Below are positions 52,021 through 60,700 of a stretch of DNA of 64,000 bases, piece after piece. A model generated the notes under the pieces. That model saw only the letters and a program-made list of their open reading frames with translations, did no database searches and was not told where the DNA came from. Position numbers and translations under genes: made by a program. Numbering within the stretch: the first letter of the stretch is position 1; each line of letters starts with the position of its first letter. Source of the stretch: Daphnia carinata (lineage: Eukaryota); NCBI RefSeq assembly GCF_022539665.2, contig NC_081332.1, positions 620,001 to 684,000 on the forward strand, in the 5' to 3' direction.

Positions 52021-52107
52021 GCCTCTGTGGCGCAATTGGCTAGCGCGTTCGGCTGTTATTGTAGGGCTGTTACCGGAAGGCTGGTGGTTCGAGCCCACCC
52101 AGGGGCG
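52021..52107 (+). tRNA. tRNA-Asn(GTT) unit 17, intron B
   Basis: Intron TTGTAGGGCTGTT at 52059-52071; leader CAATGAAGG. Confidence 0.9.
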
Positions 52108-52378
52108 ATGCAATGAAGTGCAAACAAATATGGACACTGCACACCGATTGCACTATCTTTTTTTGGAAGCTTCATAATTATTTGCCTATATCTTGGCCTA
52201 GTACTAAGTAATGGAAAACCACATATGCGCTAAATACAACCAGGCTGTCGTAAAGTTAGTTAATGTTGTCCCGTGGCATTCATGTCATTGATGTCAAACA
52301 AATTTGGTTGCCTTACAGACTTACAGATGGCGGTGACCTCACGAATCAATGAGTCAATCTTGTAAAATGCAAACCGAT

Positions 52379-52451
52379 TGTTCTCACCCAGGGTCGAACT
52401 GAGGACCTTCAGCGTGTAAAGCCGACGTGATAACCGCTACACTATGAGAAC
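52379..52451 (-). tRNA. tRNA-Val(TAC) unit 17
   Basis: Repeat copy. Confidence 0.9.
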
Positions 52452-52554
52452 GTTCAATTTATGTCACCAGCAACGGTCTTAATCCAATCATGACGAAATC
52501 AGGAAATTCCAAATTAATAGTCGTCTTTCACATTTGCTTTTCACTTAAATGTCT

Positions 52555-52628
52555 TGTTCCCACCCAGGATCGAACTGAGGACCTTCAGCGTGTTAGGCCG
52601 ACGTGATAACCACTACACTATGGGGAAC
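52555..52628 (-). tRNA. tRNA-Val(AAC) unit 17, 1-nt acceptor-stem insertion
   Basis: Plus strand TGGGGAAC; may be a homopolymer error. Confidence 0.75.
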
Positions 52629-53097
52629 GCATTTCAGACAACTATTACAGCCAAATATACCAACAGCAATTGACCTGATGAACATTCAACACTACTCGTA
52701 CGAGGTGGGGGTCGAACCCACGACCAATTTATTACCAATCTTTTCCTCTAACGACTGAGCTAGCCAGGACACATGAACGATGAATCCTCTGTCAACCATG
52801 TATTTTTCGGTGTTTGAAATTTTCAGATTATCCGTCTAAAATCTAGTTTTCAACTTACCAAACATCCCTAAACTTATTATAAATCGTTAATGAGTTATTT
52901 CGTGAGTGAAATAAGTCTAGTTACATGTGTTCACGGCCAGGCAAACGGTACCAGCAAACGAAACCCAATACTGAATCTACCCATCGGTGTAGTAGTTCCT
53001 TTTTGTAGAGAACAATGAAGCAATATGAAATCAAAACTGTAATAAACGTTAATGATGTTTACCATATGCATGATTTTGCGCAAAATTACAACAACGG

Positions 53098-53185
53098 GCC
53101 TCTGTGGCGCAATTGGCTAGCGCGTTCGGCTGTTACGAATTTCGTCGATACCGGAAGGCTGGTGGTTCGAGCCCACCCAGGGGCG
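53098..53185 (+). tRNA. tRNA-Asn(GTT) unit 18, intron A
   Basis: As unit 1. Confidence 0.92.
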
Positions 53186-53456
53186 ATGCAATGAAGTGCA
53201 AACAAATATGGACACTGCACACCGATTGCACTATCTTTTTTTGGAAGCTTCATAATTATTTGCCTATATCTTGGCCTAGTACTAAGTAATGGAAAACCAC
53301 ATATGCGCTAAATACAACCAGGCTGTCGTAAAGTTAGTTAATGTTGTCCCGTGGCATTCATGTCATTGATGTCAAACAAATTTGGTTGCCTTACAGACTT
53401 ACAGATGGCGGTGACCTCACGAATCAATGAGTCAATCTTGTAAAATGCAAACCGAT

Positions 53457-53529
53457 TGTTCTCACCCAGGGTCGAACTGAGGACCTTCAGCGTGTAAAGC
53501 CGACGTGATAACCGCTACACTATGAGAAC
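53457..53529 (-). tRNA. tRNA-Val(TAC) unit 18
   Basis: Repeat copy. Confidence 0.9.
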
Positions 53530-53632
53530 GTTTAATTTATGTCACCAGCAACGGTCTTAATCCAATCATGACGAAATCAGGAAATTCCAAATTAATAGTC
53601 GTCTTTCACATTTGCTTTTCACTTAAATGTCT

Positions 53633-53705
53633 TGTTCCCACCCAGGATCGAACTGAGGACCTTCAGCGTGTTAGGCCGACGTGATAACCACTACACTATG
53701 GGAAC
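53633..53705 (-). tRNA. tRNA-Val(AAC) unit 18
   Basis: Repeat copy. Confidence 0.9.
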
Positions 53706-54174
53706 GCATTTCAGACAACTATTACAGCCAAATATACCAACAGCAATTGACCTGATGAACATTCAACACTACTCGTACGAGGTGGGGGTCGAACCCACGA
53801 CCAATTTATTACCAATCTTTTCCTCTAACGACTGAGCTAGCCAGGACACATGAACGATGAATCCTCTGTCAACCATGTATTTTTCGGTGTTTGAAATTTT
53901 CAGATTATCCGTCTAAAATCTAGTTTTCAACTTACCAAACATCCCTAAACTTATTATAAATCGTTAATGAGTTATTTCGTGAGTGAAATAAGTCTAGTTA
54001 CATGTGTTCACGGCCAGGCAAACGGTACCAGCAAACGAAACCCAATACTGAATCTACCCATCGGTGTAGTAGTTCCTTTTTGTAGAGAACAATGAAGCAA
54101 TATGAAATCAAAACTGTAATAAACGTTAATGATGTTTACCATATGCATGATTTTGCGCAAAATTACAACAACGG

Positions 54175-54262
54175 GCCTCTGTGGCGCAATTGGCTAGCGC
54201 GTTCGGCTGTTACGAATTTCGTCGATACCGGAAGGCTGGTGGTTCGAGCCCACCCAGGGGCG
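54175..54262 (+). tRNA. tRNA-Asn(GTT) unit 19, intron A
   Basis: As unit 1. Confidence 0.92.
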
Positions 54263-54533
54263 ATGCAATGAAGTGCAAACAAATATGGACACTGCACACC
54301 GATTGCACTATCTTTTTTTGGAAGCTTCATAATTATTTGCCTATATCTTGGCCTAGTACTAAGTAATGGAAAACCACATATGCGCTAAATACAACCAGGC
54401 TGTCGTAAAGTTAGTTAATGTTGTCCCGTGGCATTCATGTCATTGATGTCAAACAAATTTGGTTGCCTTACAGACTTACAGATGGCGGTGACCTCACGAA
54501 TCAATGAGTCAATCTTGTAAAATGCAAACCGAT

Positions 54534-54606
54534 TGTTCTCACCCAGGGTCGAACTGAGGACCTTCAGCGTGTAAAGCCGACGTGATAACCGCTACACTAT
54601 GAGAAC
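54534..54606 (-). tRNA. tRNA-Val(TAC) unit 19
   Basis: Repeat copy. Confidence 0.9.
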
Positions 54607-54709
54607 GTTCAATTTATGTCACCAGCAACGGTCTTAATCCAATCATGACGAAATCAGGAAATTCCAAATTAATAGTCGTCTTTCACATTTGCTTTTCACT
54701 TAAATGTCT

Positions 54710-54782
54710 TGTTCCCACCCAGGATCGAACTGAGGACCTTCAGCGTGTTAGGCCGACGTGATAACCACTACACTATGGGAAC
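54710..54782 (-). tRNA. tRNA-Val(AAC) unit 19
   Basis: Repeat copy. Confidence 0.9.
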
Positions 54783-55251
54783 GCATTTCAGACAACTATT
54801 ACAGCCAAATATACCAACAGCAATTGACCTGATGAACATTCAACACTACTCGTACGAGGTGGGGGTCGAACCCACGACCAATTTATTACCAATCTTTTCC
54901 TCTAACGACTGAGCTAGCCAGGACACATGAACGATGAATCCTCTGTCAACCATGTATTTTTCGGTGTTTGAAATTTTCAGATTATCCGTCTAAAATCTAG
55001 TTTTCAACTTACCAAACATCCCTAAACTTATTATAAATCGTTAATGAGTTATTTCGTGAGTGAAATAAGTCTAGTTACATGTGTTCACGGCCAGGCAAAC
55101 GGTACCAGCAAACGAAACCCAATACTGAATCTACCCATCGGTGTAGTAGTTCCTTTTTGTAGAGAACAATGAAGCAATATGAAATCAAAACTGTAATAAA
55201 CGTTAATGATGTTTACCATATGCATGATTTTGCGCAAAATTACAACAACGG

Positions 55252-55339
55252 GCCTCTGTGGCGCAATTGGCTAGCGCGTTCGGCTGTTACGAATTTCGTC
55301 GATACCGGAAGGCTGGTGGTTCGAGCCCACCCAGGGGCG
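55252..55339 (+). tRNA. tRNA-Asn(GTT) unit 20, intron A
   Basis: As unit 1. Confidence 0.92.
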
Positions 55340-55610
55340 ATGCAATGAAGTGCAAACAAATATGGACACTGCACACCGATTGCACTATCTTTTTTTGGAA
55401 GCTTCATAATTATTTGCCTATATCTTGGCCTAGTACTAAGTAATGGAAAACCACATATGCGCTAAATACAACCAGGCTGTCGTAAAGTTAGTTAATGTTG
55501 TCCCGTGGCATTCATGTCATTGATGTCAAACAAATTTGGTTGCCTTACAGACTTACAGATGGCGGTGACCTCACGAATCAATGAGTCAATCTTGTAAAAT
55601 GCAAACCGAT

Positions 55611-55661
55611 TGTTCTCACCCAGGGTCGAACTGAGGACCTTCAGCGTGTAAAGCCGACGTG
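55611..55661 (-). pseudogene. tRNA-Val(TAC) unit 20, split by the LTR insertion
   Basis: ..AAAGCCGACGTG|TGTCGG replaces ..GACGTG|ATAACC. Confidence 0.9.
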
Positions 55662-56834
55662 TGTCGGAAAATCCGACGTCCAACACTGTCCAAGGGGACG
55701 GTGAAGAGATAGACGAGTAGAAGCGGAGATGCGGGGCACTCGGAACCAGAGAGTCGGTTGCCGGGGTAAGTCCATCCTGAAGCGGGAACTAACCAAGAGG
55801 TTCCCGGTGACGGTACGAGAAAGACCGGTAGACGGTAATAGATGGAATGTAAGCGGGACTTGATGCTCTAAGCACCGACGATAGAAGTTGGAGACGCTTG
55901 ACTATAATATTGAAATAACCGTACGTAGTTTACAGCTATGTAGGGCGGTCTCTGTCGAGCAAAGGCAGAAATGAATATTAAAGACGCCCGCTCTGGAGCC
56001 CGTTTTAGCCCAGAGGAAATAAATATTTAAAACCCATCGTGACTGGAGCCAGTTTTAGCCCAGAGGGAAGAGGTTGGTGCCGGAGGAGTCACCGACAGAG
56101 GGTCGGCCAAGGAGAGTTGGAGGTTGGAGGTCAACGGCAGTTCCTGAGGCTGAAAAGGGTGACGGAACAACGGTGACATCTACTCCAGCGTTGATATTCA
56201 TGTTCGTGCTATTATATATATCAGTCAACGGTGTTTTGTAAATTGAGTATATAAAGGCCGGTTTTGGCCGAGTATAATACACACGAGTTTCACCGAAGCC
56301 CCCGGAGTCGGCTCTTCATTCTACTGGTAATTACTATCAAATTTCGCTTGTTATCACTTGTGTTGCTGCCCGTCGCAACTGGCCGTCAACTTCTGCCCGG
56401 CCGTGATAAGCTGCTTCCGCCCGTCAACCCTCTTCGTTCTGCCCGGCTCCTTTTCTCGACGGCTACAACGAAGCTGCTTTGCAGCAACTCTCATCCGGAT
56501 TGAATCCTGTTTTTGCCGTCGCTTCACTTGAAGATCCACTCGACCCGGGGGCACTCGACGCCAAGGATCGCAAGTAATCTAGCGTTTTGTTATTCGTGTC
56601 CGTCATATTGGCCGCGCCCCGTCTCGGCATCGTTTTTGAGGTCGTTGGCCTCCTGAACCATTGTCGGGCGTCGTTGCGGTCCAGTCCGCCAAGTCATAGT
56701 AGCACGGTGCCCCAACCGGCTGCCCAGACGTATCGCGGCTATTGCATTGGGTCTCAGAGGACCCAACACCACTACTTTACGCTGAGCCGGCAGACTCCGG
56801 CATTGAGAATCGCCCGGCCAAGGGGCATATCTCA
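55662..56834 (+). repeat. 5' LTR (~1173 bp)
   Basis: Starts TG and matches 63408-64000; the CA end is inferred from the adjacent PBS. Confidence 0.85.
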
Positions 56835-56837
56835 AAT

Positions 56838-56848
56838 TGGTCCTTCGA
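56838..56848 (+). other. Primer binding site (tRNA-Tyr type)
   Basis: TGGTCCTTCGA is complementary to the 3' end (..TCGAAGGACCA) of eukaryotic tRNA-Tyr. Confidence 0.8.
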
Positions 56849-56889
56849 ACAAAAAATAATAACAGAAAACGTCCGTACATTCCATAACA

Positions 56890-57600
56890 GTGTCGGACAG
56901 CATACATCAGCAGCACCAGCAGGCGGTGTACGCAAGATTCCAACAACTCCTAGACTCAGAGGCTCGTGCTTACGAACTCTGGAAAGAGTTAGAACAGACC
57001 ATCCCGAAAGGTGTGTTCAGGAGACTTCGCATCCCGGAGCCGTTCCCTGAACAACGTGCCAAGAGATCCGTGGAGAAAAAGAGTCGGCCAAACCCTTACA
57101 CACGACCGACCGCCCCGACTTTGGACTCGCCAGCCCAGTTCTTAAACGAACAGGAGAGGGAACAGCTAGCTGCCCTCACCAAAGTTAAGGAGTCACACTC
57201 CTCGGCAATAGCAGCGGCACAAAAGGCAGCAGAACGGGCCGAGGAACACGCCAGATTCCTGCTGGAGACAAGTAAGCTGAGACGCGATAAGGAAGAGCTT
57301 CAGAGAAGGGAGCAGTTATTGGAAAGAGCGCGCGGTGTCAAAGAGTTGCCGCCCGCCACGTTTCAAATACCGGTCCCTCCACCGACCCCCACGGTGCTGA
57401 GCCAAGAAATAAGTGACCTCGCCGCTGGACCTTCAAAAGAGCCAGCGAAGAAAGCGAGGTCCACATCAGGGATACCAAAAAGTTGGAAGAGATCTTCACC
57501 CGAAGAAAGGCTGAGCAGGCAACTATCTAAGCGACTGGCAAAAACAGGGATAGCTTCATCCTCCGAGGACGAAATCCTTAAGTCCCCAGTGCTTGTTTAA
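56890..57600 (+). CDS. Extra ORF upstream of gag (coiled-coil and Pro/basic-rich, no AUG)
   Basis: 236 open codons with no methionine codon; followed by AATAAA and an A-tract. Confidence 0.5.
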   Translation: MSDSIHQQHQQAVYARFQQLLDSEARAYELWKELEQTIPKGVFRRLRIPEPFPEQRAKRSVEKKSRPNPYTRPTAPTLDSPAQFLNEQEREQLAALTKVKESHSSAIAAAQKAAERAEEHARFLLETSKLRRDKEELQRREQLLERARGVKELPPATFQIPVPPPTPTVLSQEISDLAAGPSKEPAKKARSTSGIPKSWKRSSPEERLSRQLSKRLAKTGIASSSEDEILKSPVLV

Positions 57601-57700
57601 TATTGTTGTACTGTTATAATTTGTTATCAGGAATAAAACTATCTCTACTACTATCAAAAAAAAAAAAAAAAAAAAATTTTTTTAAAAAAAAAAAAAAAAA

Positions 57701-60700
57701 ATGTCAGTTCCATCAAGGAGAACGAGACAAGCGGTCACGGACCCAGAGGAGACGACTATCGACGAAAGATTGTCGATCGTCGAGGAGAAAGTAGAAAAAA
57801 TATACAAGGCAGGCGACGGGTATCACTCTATGCTACACAAGAGAGTGGAGGTCGCGGAGAAAACAATCGAAAAGTTTATAACAGACATGGGAATAAAAAT
57901 GAAGACAATAGAGAAAAAGATAAAAGACATGGAGGATTTAGAAGGAAGATTGGCGGCAATATCAGAATTGGTGAAAGAAATAGACGGGAGAAGTAATAAA
58001 GCGTTGAACTCTGCAGCGAAATTAATCGAGCAAGCGAAAGAAAGCTTTTCGATGAAGGAACAAATCCCGGAGATCGTGGAGGGAGTGAGAGCAGAAATAA
58101 GGTCAATCGTGGAAAGAACGATAGAAGACAGCCTGCCCGGCCTAGAGGAGAGTCCGATAAGACGACAAGAGCCTTTACGGGCTTCGTCAAGGGCTGACTC
58201 CCCACTAGGTACGCGGGAAGAGTTACTTGAGGATCGGGCTCTGATAAAAAGGGAACTGAAAGACAGTATTGCGTTGGCGGAAGCCGACGCTGAGAGTAGA
58301 CAGAAATACATAGACAAGGCAGAAGCTCGGTGGGTGGCCATCGTAGCGTTGAACGAAAAGCTTGCCGCAGTCTCTACGGCAGCCGAGAAGGCGAGTGACA
58401 GAGAAACAGAGGATAAACTGAGAGAAAGAATGAAAAAATTAAGAGAGAAATACAAAAAGTGCGAGACCCAATCGCCAGTAACCAGAACAGCGCTACCTCT
58501 ACCGACGTTTAACGGAGAGATCACAGCGTGGAAAGGATGGAGAGCGATGTGGACGGCGTATGACGCCGATCCAAGATTGACAGAGGCGGAAAAATTTCAA
58601 TATCTGCGGACAAGCCTGAAAGGTAAGGCCGCAGAATTGATATCGCATATACACTTTGATGAAAACCAATATCAGGAAGCAATGCTGAAATTGGAAAAGA
58701 GATTCGGGGACACAGAAAAATTAAAAGCCCACTACGTAAACGAACTGAAAAGTCTCGTGGCCGTAAGACTGGGAGACTCAGCAACGATCAGCCAGTTGAA
58801 GAGAATCTTTGACGGGTTGACAAATGCAAGAGCCGCCCTGACGAGTCTCAAAGTGGATATGGGCGGCTATGGAGAATACATCGCGGGGGACGTGTTGAAG
58901 GCACTGCCTAAAGCCTTAACCTCGCGATGGTGGAGAGACAAATGGTTCGATGAGGATCAACCGACATTAGAAGCCATCCTCAAAGAGCTTGATCGAGAGA
59001 TAAGGCTGAGAGAGATGGAGGAAGATCCCGTGAGCCAGCCGCAGAGCCCGAGAAGGGAGCCTCAAGAGAGGGGAGGTAGGATGACACCCTGTTGTTTTTG
59101 TCAGCAGAATCACATACACCACAGGTGTATGGTAAATACCCCGCAATTCAGACGAACGCTCTGCGAGCGAGAGAACCGTTGTTTGAAATGCCTCGGCAGA
59201 TCGCATCGGACGGAACACTGCGTAGCCAGGGTCCCGTGTAGGAATTGCGGGAGTATAGACCATAGCCCAGCGCTGTGCCTGTCAAGACAGAGACAATACG
59301 GGCCAGTCAGATCACAGTCCCCGCAAAGGCCGATGAACAGATCGGTAACGATAGATACCAACGTGAATTGTGCGCAGGCAACCTCGATCGGACTGCCCAC
59401 GTTCACGGCGGTATTACAAGGAAAAAATAACAGAAAAATAAAAGTGCTAGGTCTGATAGATTCGGGGAGCGAAAAAACGTTCATCCGACAGAGTCTGATC
59501 AGACGATTAAAAGCGGACGAAGAAGATGAAGGAGAGATAAGAGTGAACACGTTTGGGTCAGACCAAGCGGAAAGATCAGTGCTAAAGACCTATAGCATAT
59601 GGATGATTCCCGAAAGACAGGGAAAAATAAAAATTAAAGCTACGGCAATAAAATATGTGGCGAAAGCAACCCCTAAGGTCCGGTCAAAATTAGTGGAGAT
59701 TTTGACGGAACAGGGGGAGAAGGTCGCGGACGAAAGACATTTGAGGGCAGACAATAAAACAGAGTTTGACATGATAATAGGGTGTGACTATTATTGGCAA
59801 ATTCTAAAACACCAGACAAAACAGGGTCCAGACGACTCAGTGGCATGTGCCAGTAAGCTGGGGTGGATCATTTTTGGGGCACCCACAGCAGGAAATCCGA
59901 GAGAAGTGTCGGCAAACATTGTTACACAGGCCGACGGAAAGAAAGCGATGGTAGATTTCAAGGAATTCTGGGCCTTGGAACACATGGGAGTTACGCCCCA
60001 AGAGTTAGAGGACCCGGGGTTCCTGAAAAATTATCAGGAGACCATAAAGAAAGATCAGACGGGCAGATATGAGATTCTGTTCCCGTTTAAAAATAACAGA
60101 AGGTCGATGGAGACCAACAAAAACATAGCTTCGATAAGATTGACGGGGCTGTTGAAGAAAATGAAGCGGGAGGACAGAATGGCCTACCACGAAGTTTTTC
60201 AACAGTACCTCGAGAAAGGCTACATAGAGGTAGCGGATAAAAATTACACAGGGGCATGTACGTATTTACCGCACAGACCAGTGATAAAAACAGAGGCGGC
60301 AACCACCAAGATCAGACCGGTGTTTGACGGCTCGGCCCACCAGCAGAATAGGCCTAGCCTGAACGATCTGTTGGAGACCGGGCCTAACCTAAACCCGGAG
60401 CTCTTGGCGGTGCTGCTCAGATTCAGGCAGAACGAGATAGCGTGGATGGCGGACATCACGCAAGCATTCCTACAGATAGGAATACAGAAGGAACACGGAC
60501 AGATAGTCCGATTCCTATGGATAAAAGACCCGAAAGATGATAACTCGGAATGGATAGAATACAGGTGGAAGAGAGTACCGTTTGGACTCTCGAGTAGCCC
60601 ATTCATCTTACGAGCAGTTATATTAAAATGCTTGGATGAGCATAAAGATGAATACCCAGAGCTGGTGGGAAAGCTGGGCGCGCAGTTATACGTGGACGAT

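Larger units (their letters stand above)
34628..55661. repeat. Tandem tRNA-gene array, 20 units of ~1063-1077 bp
   Basis: Near-identical units starting CTTACCAAACATCCC; unit length tracks the tRNA-Asn intron state; the last unit is cut by an LTR. Confidence 0.98.

Noticed and set aside
34866..55443. Repeated 61-86 aa ORFs (MAQLASAF.., MFPPRIEL.., MKQYEIK..)
   Set aside because: Incidental translations of tRNA genes and spacers; the frame changes with intron state.
34628..55661. CRISPR-like repeat/spacer reading of the array
   Set aside because: Units are ~1 kb, the variable parts are recurring tRNA introns, the context is eukaryotic and there are no cas genes.
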